38,903 bases of DNA from Gemmatimonadota bacterium (GTDB taxonomy: Bacteria; Gemmatimonadota; Gemmatimonadetes; Longimicrobiales; RSA9), in the NCBI GenBank assembly GCA_040905425.1, contig JBBDRO010000067.1, positions 5,233 to 44,135 on the forward strand, read 5' to 3'. The notes beneath the pieces were generated by a model that saw only the letters and a list, made by a program, of their open reading frames with translations, was not told the origin of the DNA and searched no databases. This document shows positions 26,653 through 36,562 of this stretch, one piece after another (position 1 is the stretch's first letter; each line of letters starts with the position of its first letter). A program made the position numbers and the translations under genes.

Positions 26653-27930
26653 ATGAAGCGGATCGCTGGGCTGACCACGGCCCTTACTCTTGGCCTGGCT
26701 CTCGCCCCCCTGGCGGCCCATGCGCAGGCCCCGCGGGATAATTCCTATACCCGCGCCGCCGAGCAGCAGGTGGTGCTAGCCGTGACCAAGTCCACTCCGG
26801 AAGCGCGCTTGGAGGCCTACCAGATGGGCCTGGACGCCGCGCTGGAGGGGCTGCGGGAGAATCCCTCGCACGCCAAGCTCTGGCTGCTGGCCGGCCAGGC
26901 GCACGTGGGCCTGGGAAATTTTGCTGAGGGCCTGGAGGCGTACAAGGAGGCCGTGAGACTCTATCCGGAGTACGAGGAGGAGGTGGCCGAACACCGTGAG
27001 GCTGGCTGGATCGCAGCCTTCAACGCAGCCGCGGCGCACCTGGAGGCCCAGGAGTTGGAGGACGCCCGGGCGGACCTCATGGCCGCACATGGTTTCTACC
27101 AGGGCCGCCCCGAGGCCATGGCCTACCTGGGTGCCGTGAACGCGCAGCTCGGCAACATCGGCGAGGCGGAGGAATACTACCGCCAGACGCTTGCGTTCCT
27201 GGACAGCCCCGCCGCCGCGGAGGCGGACGAGGAGACCCGTGCCGAATGGCAGCAGTACCGGCAGATGGCCGAGGGCACGCTGGGCCAGCTCGAGGCCGCC
27301 GGCGCGGTGGAGGCCTATCAGGCGGGCGATTACGACACGGCCATCAAGGGTTTTCGTGACCTGCTGGCCGCCAACCCTTACGACCGGGACGTGAAGTTCA
27401 TGATCTTCACGGGGCTCTACGAGAAGGCCCGTGCGCTGGCCGCCGAGAACACCGAGGCCGCACCCGAGGAACAGGCGCGCATCCTGGATCCGGTCTTCGA
27501 GGAGATCGTGGAGGTGGGTGAGGAACTGGCGGAGGTGGACCCCGCCAACAGCTCCATCATGCAGATCCTGGCGCAGGTGCGCACGGCGCGCGCCCGCTAC
27601 CAGCTCACCGAGGAGGCGCAGCAGGCACTCAACCACGCGGCGATCGCCATCCTCACGGAGCGCGAGGCCATGCCGTTCTTCGTGGATGAGGTGGCCGTGG
27701 AGCAGACGGAGGCCGGTTCCGCTACGGTGCAGGGTGGCATCATCGGCAACACCGCGCTCGTCGGTTCGCCCGTCAAGATCCGGATGATCCTGATCGGTCA
27801 GGGTGGGACGCAGGTGGGCACCAAGGAGGTCGAGGTGGCCGCCCCCGCTCCCGAGGAGGGGATCGGCTTCCAGGAGGCGATCCAGGTGAGCGGCCCCGTG
27901 CTCGGCTGGAAGTACGTCATCATCGAGTAG
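26653..27930 (+). CDS. Secreted tetratricopeptide-repeat protein with C-terminal beta-sandwich (FxLYD-like) domain
   Basis: GGAGG RBS; signal peptide AHA-Q; TPR patterns (AKLWLLAGQAHVGLGNFAEG, AMAYLGAVNAQLGNIGEA); beta-rich C-terminus. Confidence 0.88.
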   Translation: MKRIAGLTTALTLGLALAPLAAHAQAPRDNSYTRAAEQQVVLAVTKSTPEARLEAYQMGLDAALEGLRENPSHAKLWLLAGQAHVGLGNFAEGLEAYKEAVRLYPEYEEEVAEHREAGWIAAFNAAAAHLEAQELEDARADLMAAHGFYQGRPEAMAYLGAVNAQLGNIGEAEEYYRQTLAFLDSPAAAEADEETRAEWQQYRQMAEGTLGQLEAAGAVEAYQAGDYDTAIKGFRDLLAANPYDRDVKFMIFTGLYEKARALAAENTEAAPEEQARILDPVFEEIVEVGEELAEVDPANSSIMQILAQVRTARARYQLTEEAQQALNHAAIAILTEREAMPFFVDEVAVEQTEAGSATVQGGIIGNTALVGSPVKIRMILIGQGGTQVGTKEVEVAAPAPEEGIGFQEAIQVSGPVLGWKYVIIE

Positions 27931-27950
27931 TCTGCACACGAGGTCGTGAA

Positions 27951-27994
27951 ACAGGGGCGCTCCGGTTCACCCGGAGCGCCCCTGTCTTTTTGTT
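27951..27994 (+). terminator. Rho-independent terminator
   Basis: 15-bp stem ACAGGGGCGCTCCGG-ttcac-CCGGAGCGCCCCTGT followed by CTTTTTGTT. Confidence 0.9.
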
Positions 27995-28005
27995 GCCTGC
28001 CTGGC

Positions 28006-28611
28006 TCAGAGAGCCACGCGGAGACCCAGCAACACGAAGCCGTCATGGGGTCCGAAGCCGTCGCGTAAGGTGATGAAATCGTTGGCCTCCAGAACCACCC
28101 CCAGCGGACCCACCATGAGATCGGCACCCACGCCGAGGTGTGCGGTGGGATCCGTCAATTCGTCATCGAAGGTGGCGCCCGGATCCACGCCGCCCCCCGC
28201 CTCGTCGAATGAGTACGACGCGCGCTTCAGGCCACCGCCGGCCATGACGTAGGGCCGCAGCCCCAGCAAGCGGGGTAGGGGGCGGAAGACCATGCTGGCC
28301 GTAGCCACGAGCACGGATCCGTCGCCGATCGGGCCGGAGGCCTGGTCCACGCCGCGATCGTTCACGGTGGCGCCGGTGGCATAGGCCAGCATGCCCCGCA
28401 CCGATCCCAGCTCCAACGCCAGCCCCAGCCCGAAGGTGGCCTCCTTCTCCACCCGTGCGTCCTGCGCGCCCTCCCGGAGTTCGTAGAAGTTGCTCGCGGG
28501 AATGTAGGCACCCGCCAGGGGCGTGATGGAGATGCGCTGGGCCTGCGCCTGGATCGGGACCAGGACGGCCGCCGCGGCGGCCGTCCTTAACACCATCGTG
28601 CATATCTTCAT
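28006..28611 (-). CDS. Small outer-membrane beta-barrel protein
   Basis: AGAGGAGAGG RBS; signal peptide AQA-Q; amphipathic strands, RPYVMAGGG, HLGVGADL and terminal LGLRVAL. Confidence 0.8.
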   Translation of the reverse strand: MKICTMVLRTAAAAAVLVPIQAQAQRISITPLAGAYIPASNFYELREGAQDARVEKEATFGLGLALELGSVRGMLAYATGATVNDRGVDQASGPIGDGSVLVATASMVFRPLPRLLGLRPYVMAGGGLKRASYSFDEAGGGVDPGATFDDELTDPTAHLGVGADLMVGPLGVVLEANDFITLRDGFGPHDGFVLLGLRVAL

Positions 28612-28834
28612 GCATCCTCTCCTCTGAAGGTCCGGGGTGTACGCGCCGTCCGCCCCACACGGCTCTATCCCTTCTGGCGGGGGGAGGTTCCCGAGGTTCC
28701 CTTCCATAATCGCGCCAGCCCGTACGCGGGACTATATTTCTTTCTGGTTGTCCCCGGACGCCATGGACTCGCCCGCATCGGCGGACATCCGGATTCACAC
28801 ACCGACAGCGGTCATTCCCCATGATGGATAATCG

Positions 28835-29924
28835 ATGCAAGCCGCAGCCATACTGAGCCGCAGTGGCCTGCTCGCGGCAGTGTTCTGCACGGTGCTGCCC
28901 GCGGCGGCGCAGGACAGCGTGCGCGTGGCGCCGGGGCGCGCGTGCCCCGCCTGCCGCGTGACCCTCACGCCCACGCTGGTGCTCGGCGCCGATGCCGGAG
29001 TATACGGGCCCACCGTGGAGTCCCGCGTAGCCCGGGACTCGCGGGGGCGCTTCTACGTGGCGCCCACCTACACGCCTGGCACGATCGCCGTTTTCGCCTC
29101 CGCGGGACGCTTCCAGCGCGCCTTCGGCACCGAGGGCGGGGGGCCGGAGGAATTCCGCGGCATCCAGAACGTGGTGGTCGGACCCGGGGACACCCTGTGG
29201 GTGGTGGGTGGCGGCGGACGCATCACGGTGGTGGATCCCGAGCACCGTATCATCCGTTCCGTTACCGCCGACGGGGGCGCACGCGGCATCCTGCCCAGCG
29301 GCGACGGATCGGTGATTGCCATGAGCATGAGCGGCGCCGGGGGTGTCATCCTGGACGCCGCCGGGGAAGAGGTGGGCCGCCTGGCCCTGTCCGATCCGGG
29401 CCAGTCGGCCATGAGCGGTCAGGCGGCGGTCGTGCGGTTGGGAGACGGGCGCCTGGTGGCTCTGCACGGCACGCGTTACCGGCTGGACGTCCTGGACGCC
29501 ACCGGCGTTCGCCAGCGCACCGTGGACCGCAGCGGCCTACTGGTTCCCCGCGCTCGAGAGTGAGGAAGAGGCCCTGGAGCGCGTGCAGACGGCGGGCACC
29601 ACCGCCATGACCTTCGACGCGGCCGCGGCACCGGGCGGGGAGGTCTGGGTGCTGGCCCAGCGCATCAACATGACGCGGGTGCAGGAGATCTTCCGCGCCG
29701 TGGAGAGCGGCGGCGTCACAGCGCCCGTCCTGGACATGAACGAGTTGCTGGATCCCGTCCTGGAACTCGTGGACGTGGACGCCGGTACGGTGGTGGCCAC
29801 GGGCGGCAGCACGGAACGCCTGTTGACCGGATTCCTGGATGGACAGCACGTGGTGGGCGTTCGCGAACTGGCGGATGGCACCGTGATTCTGGACCTGTGG
29901 AAACTCGACGTAAGGGGGCGCTGA
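28835..29924 (+). pseudogene. Secreted 6-bladed beta-propeller protein, frameshifted near 29534 (pseudogene or sequencing error)
   Basis: 5' part has DSRGRFYV, GTEGGGPEEF and VGPGDTLWV. Removing one G from AGCGGCCTAC gives DRSAYWFPALESEEEALERVQ..., joining the 29583-29924 ORF. Confidence 0.75.
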
Positions 29925-29927
29925 AAG

Positions 29928-31262
29928 ATGATCGACCTGAAATTACTCTCGATCGGCCTGCTTACGGCTCTGGCCGTCGGCGGCGTGGCGCGTGCGGGCA
30001 TGGCTCCGCCCGCTGCCCCACCGGCCACGGCGGGCACGACGGCCACGCCGCAGACGGCTACCGTCGCGGCCCTGGCGGCCACGGCAGCCACGCCGCAGAC
30101 GGCTACCACCGCGGCCCTGGCAACCACCGCGGCCACGCCGCCCACGGCCGCCACCGCGGCCCAGGCGCCCGCAGTCGCCCGCCAGTTCCCCGCGCTCTCC
30201 CCCACCGCCGACGGAGCCGTGCTGGCCTCCTGGCTGGAGAGTACAGACGGCGGGGCCACGCTCCGTTACGCGCGCTGGCGGGACAATCAGTGGAGCACAC
30301 CCGCCACGGTGGCCACCGGCGACGACTGGTTGGTGAACTGGGCCGACTTCCCGGCCGTGGTCGAGCTGCCGAACGGGCGGCTGGCGGCGCAGTGGCTGGT
30401 GCGCGAAGCCGGCCGGGGCGCCTACAGCGTGCGCCTGGCATGGTCGGAGGACGGCGGCGCCACCTGGAGCCCGCCGCTCACACCGCACGACGACGGCACG
30501 GCCACGGAGCACGGCTTCGTGAGCCTTTTCCCCCACGCGGACGCCACCGGTGCCGTGTGGCTGGACGGCCGGGCCTACGCCGACTCGCGCGACGGCCCCA
30601 TGACGCTCCGCTGGGCCGCCTTTGACGCCCAGGGTGTGCCGGCGGCGGCGGGGGTCGTGGACGACCGCATCTGCGACTGCTGTCAGACCGACGCGGCGGC
30701 CACCGCCTCGGGAACGGTGGTGGTCTACCGGGACCGGAGCCCGGAGGAGATCCGGGACATCAAGCTCGTGCGCCTGGAGGCCAGCCGCTGGAGCGAGCCG
30801 GTGGTGGTGCACGAGGACGGCTGGCACATCAATGCTTGCCCGGTGAACGGACCGGCGGTGGCCGCGGCAGGTGATCGGGTCGCCGTCGCCTGGTTCACGG
30901 CCCCGGAGGGGAATGCCCGCAGCTATGTGGCCTTCTCCGAGGATGGTGGCCGGAGCTTCGGGCCTCCCGTGCGCATCGATGACGGCGAGCCCGTGGGGCG
31001 GGTGGACCTGCTGCTCCTGGCGGACGGACACGCCCTGGTGAGCTGGATGGAGCGCGCGGGGGAGGGTGCGGAGGTCCGGCTCCGGCGGGTGGCCCCGGAT
31101 GGGCGGACCGGCAGCGCGCGAAGCGCCGGTACGATCGATCCTGGCAGGGCAAGCGGCTTCCCGCGCATGGCACGGGCCGGAGACACGGTGCTGCTGGGAT
31201 GGACGGCGCCGGGAGAACCCGCGGCGCTCCGCTTTGCCTCGGTGACGCTGCCCGGCCAGTAG
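29928..31262 (+). CDS. Secreted sialidase-like / BNR (Asp-box) repeat protein
   Basis: VNWADFP, SEDGGATWS, HGFVS, WLDGR, ICDCCQT, YRDR...IRDI, ACPVNGP, SEDGGRSFG and SGFPRM. Confidence 0.88.
   Translation: MIDLKLLSIGLLTALAVGGVARAGMAPPAAPPATAGTTATPQTATVAALAATAATPQTATTAALATTAATPPTAATAAQAPAVARQFPALSPTADGAVLASWLESTDGGATLRYARWRDNQWSTPATVATGDDWLVNWADFPAVVELPNGRLAAQWLVREAGRGAYSVRLAWSEDGGATWSPPLTPHDDGTATEHGFVSLFPHADATGAVWLDGRAYADSRDGPMTLRWAAFDAQGVPAAAGVVDDRICDCCQTDAAATASGTVVVYRDRSPEEIRDIKLVRLEASRWSEPVVVHEDGWHINACPVNGPAVAAAGDRVAVAWFTAPEGNARSYVAFSEDGGRSFGPPVRIDDGEPVGRVDLLLLADGHALVSWMERAGEGAEVRLRRVAPDGRTGSARSAGTIDPGRASGFPRMARAGDTVLLGWTAPGEPAALRFASVTLPGQ
30042..30170 (+). repeat. About three copies of a 45-bp coding repeat (ATPQTATxAALAxTA linker)
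   Basis: Units start at 30042, 30087 and 30132 with gccacgccgc(ag)acggc. Confidence 0.85.
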
Positions 31263-31367
31263 TCACCTAACACTTCGCGCGGGCACGGCGTCGATATCTG
31301 CAACGCGCCACGCCGGCCCCACGATGGGGACCGAACGACGCGGCACCACACTTCGCGGAGTCAGATC

Positions 31368-31799
31368 ATGATGCGTCACCTCGTACTGGCCCTGGCCCTC
31401 CTGGTGGTGCCGAGCGCCGCCATGGCACAGGGCGGCGGCCGCGCCGGCATGGCCCGCCAGCAGGCCGTGGCCCAGCAGAACGCCTTCCAGCTCCTCCTGG
31501 CCCAGAAAGCGGATTTCGGCCTCACGGAGCAGCAGGTGGCGCGCGTAGACACCATTGCCAAAGCATTGGAAGTGAAGCACGCGCCGTTCACGAAGGAGCT
31601 GCAGGCGCTCATGCAGGGCGGGGGCATGCGCAGCATGACGCCGGAGCAGCGCCAGGGTCTCATGACGCGGCGCCAGGCCATGCAGGCCGACGTGCAGAAG
31701 GAGATGGAGAAGTTGAAGGAGATCCTCACCGAGGAGCAGCAGAAGATGCTCACCGAGCGGCTGGCCGCGATGCGGCGCAGGCCGCCGCCGACCGGCTGA
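31368..31799 (+). CDS. Spy/CpxP-like periplasmic protein (LTXXQ)
   Basis: Signal peptide AMA-Q; LTEQQ and LTEEQ motifs; Met/Gln-rich helices. Confidence 0.8.
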   Translation: MMRHLVLALALLVVPSAAMAQGGGRAGMARQQAVAQQNAFQLLLAQKADFGLTEQQVARVDTIAKALEVKHAPFTKELQALMQGGGMRSMTPEQRQGLMTRRQAMQADVQKEMEKLKEILTEEQQKMLTERLAAMRRRPPPTG

Positions 31800-31817
31800 A
31801 GCCGTCCGCGAACGGCG

Positions 31818-31856
31818 GAGCGGCGCCTCCCGGTGGGGGCGCCGCTCTTCTCGTTT
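31818..31856 (+). terminator. Rho-independent terminator
   Basis: GAGCGGCGCCTCC-cggt-GGGGGCGCCGCTC followed by TTCTCGTTT. Confidence 0.8.
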
Positions 31857-31926
31857 CAAGCGACGTCCCCCATCAACGCACCGGGCACCCGGGCCCGCGG
31901 CGGGACACCCAGGCCCACGGCGCACC

Positions 31927-32424
31927 TCACACTCCGGCCGGACACCCCTCACGCCGCATGGTATCCGCGATCTCGATGATCTGCCAGCCGGAGGCCGTGC
32001 GCACCAGGTGGATGGCATCCACGCCGCAGTGGCTGAAGGCCTCTCCCAGGTGGAAGGTGTAGCCGGTCCACACCATGGCCAGGTTGCCGTCCACGCGCAC
32101 CTGCGGATCGATCATCGTCTCGTTCCACGGTGCGCCGCCGGCGGCCCCGCGCAGCGCGGCCACGAACCCGGCAGGTGCGTTCACGTCCACGAATGGCGCG
32201 CCGTCGCGCTCCCCGACTCTGATCATGCGTGCCTCAGGATGGAAGAGCGCGGCCGCGGCATCCGCGTCGTGGGCGGCCATGGCGTCCCACAGGCGCTGCA
32301 CCGTGGCCAGCACCTCCGCTGCCGGATCGGTGCCGACAGCGGCGGCCGGAACCGCGGCGGACTGTGAGGCGGCGGGCGTGACCACGAGGGCTAAGAGCAG
32401 GGTCATGAACAACGTGCGGCGCAT
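31927..32424 (-). CDS. Secreted NTF2/SnoaL-like protein
   Basis: Signal peptide; VQRLWDAMAAHD, VRVDGNLAMVW, HCGVDAIHL and WQI. Confidence 0.85.
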   Translation of the reverse strand: MRRTLFMTLLLALVVTPAASQSAAVPAAAVGTDPAAEVLATVQRLWDAMAAHDADAAAALFHPEARMIRVGERDGAPFVDVNAPAGFVAALRGAAGGAPWNETMIDPQVRVDGNLAMVWTGYTFHLGEAFSHCGVDAIHLVRTASGWQIIEIADTMRREGCPAGV

Positions 32425-32575
32425 CAGGACTCCAGGGTTCGGGATGAATGACGCCCACGCGCCAGGGGCGCGTCCTTGCGTCGCGGCCCCTGGCTCGGGG
32501 CGGGCGTCCTCGACATCGGCGGACTTCACCCGGCAATGCCATGACGCGGGCACGCAAGGAAGTTAGCTTCGCGGC

Positions 32576-33700
32576 ATGCTCATCGTCGACCGTGTCGTGC
32601 TCCGGGAGATCCGTCTCCCCCTGGTGGAGCCGTTCCGCATCTCCTCCGGCGTGGTCTCCGAACGTCGCATCCTGCTGGCCGAGCTGACCTCGACCGACGG
32701 TGCCACGGCGTGGGCGGAGTGCGTGGCGGGTGAGGCGCCCAATTATTCCGCGGAGACGGTGGACACCGCGTGGCTGGCCATCGAACGGTGGGCAGCGCCC
32801 CGCTTGCTCGGCGTGCCCCTGGCCACGCCGGACGCGGCGCACGCAGCATTGCAGCAGGGCTTTGTGGGCCACCCCATGGCCAAGGCCACGCTGGAGATGG
32901 GGGCGTGGGCTCTGGCGGCCGAGCGGGAGGGCGTGGCGCTCGCGCGCCTCCTCGGCGGCGTTCGTGAGCGTGTCGAGGTGGGCATATCCCTCGGCATCCA
33001 GGCCACCCCCGCGGACCTCGTGAAGCGCGCGCAGGCGGCATTCAGCCGTGGCTACCGGCGCGTCAAGCTCAAGATTCGACCGGACGCGGACCTGCCTTTC
33101 GTGGCCGCTGTCCGGGACGCGGTGGGAAGCAGCGCCGTGCTCAGCGTGGACGCGAACGGGGCGTATACGCCCGCGGACGCTGAACGCCTGGCGCGGCTCG
33201 ACGCGTTCGACCTGCTCATGCTCGAGCAGCCGTTCCCGGCGGGGGACCTCGTGCGGCACGCGGCGCTCCAGCAACGACTCCGCACGGACCTGTGCCTGGA
33301 CGAGTCGGTGGACGGCGCGGAGCGCGCGGCGGACGCGCTGGCGCTGGGGGCCGCGCGCATCATCAATATCAAACCCGGGCGGGTGGGCGGCCTGGCGGCC
33401 TCGCGGGCCATCCACGAGTTGTGCCAGGCGCAGAGCGTTCCCGTCTGGTGCGGCGGGATGCTGGAATCCGGCATCGGACGGGCCTGCAACGTGGCGCTGG
33501 CCACGCTCCCCGGCTTCACCATTCCGGGGGACATCTCACCGAGCGACCGCTACTGGGCGGAGGACATCGTGGATCCGCCCTGGACCATGCGCGCGGATGG
33601 TACCATGGCCGTGCCCATGGACCGACCCGGCCTGGGTGTGCGCGTGGACGTGGCCCGTATCGAGGCACTCACCGCTCGACGGGTGGAACTGCGCGCATAG
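32576..33700 (+). CDS. menC: o-Succinylbenzoate synthase / N-acylamino acid racemase (enolase superfamily)
   Basis: PFRISSG, Y..ET, KLK, VDANGAY, LEQP, LDES, NIKPGRVGG, CGGMLESGIG and GDIS; AAGGA RBS. Confidence 0.88.
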   Translation: MLIVDRVVLREIRLPLVEPFRISSGVVSERRILLAELTSTDGATAWAECVAGEAPNYSAETVDTAWLAIERWAAPRLLGVPLATPDAAHAALQQGFVGHPMAKATLEMGAWALAAEREGVALARLLGGVRERVEVGISLGIQATPADLVKRAQAAFSRGYRRVKLKIRPDADLPFVAAVRDAVGSSAVLSVDANGAYTPADAERLARLDAFDLLMLEQPFPAGDLVRHAALQQRLRTDLCLDESVDGAERAADALALGAARIINIKPGRVGGLAASRAIHELCQAQSVPVWCGGMLESGIGRACNVALATLPGFTIPGDISPSDRYWAEDIVDPPWTMRADGTMAVPMDRPGLGVRVDVARIEALTARRVELRA

Positions 33701-33701
33701 C

Positions 33702-33734
33702 AAAACGCGGCCACCGATCCATCCGGTGGCCGCG
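33702..33734 (-). terminator. Rho-independent terminator of the ECF-macAB operon (possibly bidirectional)
   Basis: 11-bp stem CGCGGCCACCG-N7-CGGTGGCCGCG, with TTTT following on the minus strand. Confidence 0.8.
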
Positions 33735-33760
33735 CTGCGGGGCGCCGCTGCGCCGCCCGC

Positions 33761-34972
33761 CTATTCGTAGCGGAGCGATACGATGGGGTCCAGCAGGGCG
33801 GCACGGCGTGCCGGCCACAGGCCGAAGAAGAGGCCCACCGCGCCCGAGAAGCCCAGCGCCAGCACCACTGCATCCATGGCGACCGCGGCCTGGAAGTCCA
33901 TGATCCGGCTGAGCGCGGCCGCGCCGCCGTAGCCCGCGGCAATGCCGAGCGCGCCACCCGCAAGGCATAAGACCAGGGCCTCCACCAGAAACTGCAGCAT
34001 GATGTCACGCCGACGCGCCCCCAGCGCCTTGCGCACGCCGATCTCCCGGGTGCGCTCCGTCACCGAGACCAGCATGATGTTCATGATCCCGATACCACCC
34101 ACCAGCAGCGAGATCATGGCAATCCCCGCCAGCAGGTAGGTAAAGGTGCGAGTGGTATCCTGCGCCGTTTCCAGCAGGGAGGTCTGGTTGCGCACCGTGA
34201 TGGGGCTGTCCTCCCCCGGACGCGTGCGGTGCAGGCGGCGCACGATGCGGTCGATTTCCCCCATGGCCGGATCCATGGCCGCGGCGGTGGGGGTCTGCAC
34301 CAGGATGGAGCGCAGACGATCATTGCCGAAGACGCGGTAGCTGGCGGTGCTGGCGGGGATGAAGATGGTCTCGTCGGGGCTCATGAAGCCCTGCTCCCCC
34401 TTCGAGGCCAGCACCCCCACCACCTCGAACGGGATGCCACGGATCTCGATGGTCAATCCCGTCAGCATGGCCGTGGAATCGGTCGTGATGCGCCCTGCCA
34501 CGCCGGAGCCGACCACCGCCACGCGGCGCCGGCCCATCTCCTCGCCAGGTGTGAAGAAGGAGCCGTCGGCCAGCTTGTGATTCTGGATCTCGAAATACTC
34601 CGGCCACACGCCCATGACCGACAGGTTGGCGTTCTGCCGGCCATAGACCACCTGGTAGCGGCTCTCCATCTCCGGCGATACGGCGGCGATGTTGCCCCCC
34701 GCGAAGCGCAGCGCCTCCGCATCCTCCATGGTGATCCGGCTACCGCCCCGATCCACGCCGCCGAACATGCTACGCCCGGAGCGCACGGTGAGGACGTTCG
34801 TGCCGAGTGCGTTGATCTGGTCCTGCACGGTCCGCTGCGCGCCTTCGCCCAGCGCCACCATGGTGATCACGGCACCGATGCCGATGATGATCCCCAGCAT
34901 GGTTAGAAAGGACCGCAACGCGTTGGCCCGTACCGCGGAGAGCGCCACGGCAATGGTCTCTCCCACGAGCAT
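33761..34972 (-). CDS. MacB/FtsX-family ABC transporter permease (no NBD)
   Basis: LRSFLTMLGIIIGIGAV, SLLVGGIGIMNIMLVSVTERTREIGVRKALGA and PARRAALLDPIVSLRYE. Confidence 0.93.
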   Translation of the reverse strand: MLVGETIAVALSAVRANALRSFLTMLGIIIGIGAVITMVALGEGAQRTVQDQINALGTNVLTVRSGRSMFGGVDRGGSRITMEDAEALRFAGGNIAAVSPEMESRYQVVYGRQNANLSVMGVWPEYFEIQNHKLADGSFFTPGEEMGRRRVAVVGSGVAGRITTDSTAMLTGLTIEIRGIPFEVVGVLASKGEQGFMSPDETIFIPASTASYRVFGNDRLRSILVQTPTAAAMDPAMGEIDRIVRRLHRTRPGEDSPITVRNQTSLLETAQDTTRTFTYLLAGIAMISLLVGGIGIMNIMLVSVTERTREIGVRKALGARRRDIMLQFLVEALVLCLAGGALGIAAGYGGAAALSRIMDFQAAVAMDAVVLALGFSGAVGLFFGLWPARRAALLDPIVSLRYE

Positions 34973-34982
34973 GGTGGGCCGC

Positions 34983-36515
34983 TTACCGTCCACGGCCCCC
35001 TCCCATACCGCCGCCCGGCACGATACCACCGCCGCCCATGCGCTCACGCATGCGCTCCTCGAACTGCTGCTGCTGCTGCTGCAGGCGGATGGCCGAGATG
35101 ATGATGACCGCCTCACCCTCCTCCAGGCCGCTCACCACCTCGGTGTTGTCCCAGTCACTGGCACCGAAGGTCACCATGCGGAGTTCCGGCCCCGCGGGAC
35201 CGTTCACGAACACCACGCCCGGGCGGGTCTCGTCGTTGCCCCCGGCCTCGGCACGACGCCCACGCATGGCCGCGAAGCGCTCGCGCATCTCCGGGGTGAT
35301 CTGCCCGCGCTGACCCGCCTGCCCCGGTGCCGCGCCATCGGCGCCGGGCCGCTGCACGGGAGCCGTACCATCGGCGCCGGCCCGCTGCCCACCGGCCCCG
35401 GCGCGGCGGTTCGCGGCACCCGGGTCGGCGGCCGGGGAAGTGCTGTCCGCGGTGGCGGTTTCGGCCGCCTCACCAACGCCGCGCGCGGGCGGCGTCCGCC
35501 CCGCGGCGCGCGCGGCTTCGAGGGCCTGCGTCACCGCCTCCTCGCTCATGCCCAGCACCATCCCGGCGGCCAGCGCGTCACTCATGTTCACCACGGCATC
35601 ATTGGGCACGCCCAGTACGCCGGGCTTCTCCATGATCTCCACCTCGACCCTGGCGCTCATGCCAGGCTTCAGCAGCCCCTCGGCATTATCCAGCACCACG
35701 ATCACCGGGAACATGGTGACGTTCTGCTCCACCTTGGCCTGCGGCTCGATCTTCTGTACCGAGCCCATGAAGGGGCGATCGGGGAAGGCGTCCACGGTGA
35801 CGCTGACGGGCTGGCCCGCTGAGACACGGCCGATGTCGATCTCGGCGATCAGCGCGGACACCTGCATCTGTGCCAGATCCGCCATGGTGAAGAGCGCCGT
35901 GCCGCCGGACACGCTGCTGCTGCCGGACTGGATGATGGTCCCCTCCTCCACCGTCCGGGAGATGATCGTCCCATCGATGGGGGCGGCAATGCGCACGTCG
36001 TTCAGGCGCTGCTCGGCCAGATCCAGATTCGTCCGCGCCCGGAAGTGCGCGGCTTTCTGGTTGGCAAGGTCCAGCTCGGCAGACTCCAGCTCCTGCGCGG
36101 TAATGATGTTGGCCTCGCGCAGCTGTACCGACCGCTCATGGCCCGTCTGACTGGCCTTCAGGCGTGCCTCGGCCACGTCCATGTCCGCCTCCGCCTGCTG
36201 ATAGGCGTTGCGTACGTCACGTGGGTCGATCTCGGCCAGGAGGGTACCCCTGGTGACGTTCATGCCCGTTTCACCGTGCAGGCGAAGCACCTCACCCGAC
36301 GCCTTGGACTTGACCTCCACGGTGCGGATCGGCTGGATGGCGCCGGTGGCCTCCGCCTTCACCTCTAGATTGATCCGCCGTACGGCCGCGGTCTCCAGCG
36401 CGGAATTCGCTGTCTCGGCCTCGGTGTCGTCACACGCCGTGATCGCGAGGGTGCTGCCGAACGCTACCAGGAGCGCCAGACATCCCGTAATGGTCCTGCG
36501 ACTAGCTGCAGACAT
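34983..36515 (-). CDS. MacA-like periplasmic adaptor (membrane fusion protein)
   Basis: VEVKSKASGEV, IAAPIDGTII, EIDIGRV..GQ, LKPGMSA and EVVSGLEEGE; GAGGGAG RBS before ATG 36515; possible lipobox ITAC. Confidence 0.92.
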   Translation of the reverse strand: MSAASRRTITGCLALLVAFGSTLAITACDDTEAETANSALETAAVRRINLEVKAEATGAIQPIRTVEVKSKASGEVLRLHGETGMNVTRGTLLAEIDPRDVRNAYQQAEADMDVAEARLKASQTGHERSVQLREANIITAQELESAELDLANQKAAHFRARTNLDLAEQRLNDVRIAAPIDGTIISRTVEEGTIIQSGSSSVSGGTALFTMADLAQMQVSALIAEIDIGRVSAGQPVSVTVDAFPDRPFMGSVQKIEPQAKVEQNVTMFPVIVVLDNAEGLLKPGMSARVEVEIMEKPGVLGVPNDAVVNMSDALAAGMVLGMSEEAVTQALEAARAAGRTPPARGVGEAAETATADSTSPAADPGAANRRAGAGGQRAGADGTAPVQRPGADGAAPGQAGQRGQITPEMRERFAAMRGRRAEAGGNDETRPGVVFVNGPAGPELRMVTFGASDWDNTEVVSGLEEGEAVIIISAIRLQQQQQQFEERMRERMGGGGIVPGGGMGGGRGR

Positions 36516-36562
36516 GTTCGATGCTCCCTCTCGACGTGTTCGTCCTGCGTGTTTATCGGTCA

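Noticed and set aside
28684..28701. GAGGTTCCC direct repeat as ECF -35 elements (GGAACC on the minus strand)
   Set aside because: No convincing -10 element at the expected spacing.
29897..30625. His/Gly-rich alternative-frame ORF (GHGGHDGHAADGY...)
   Set aside because: A frame-shifted reading of the Thr/Ala repeat; the main frame is continuous from signal peptide to propeller.
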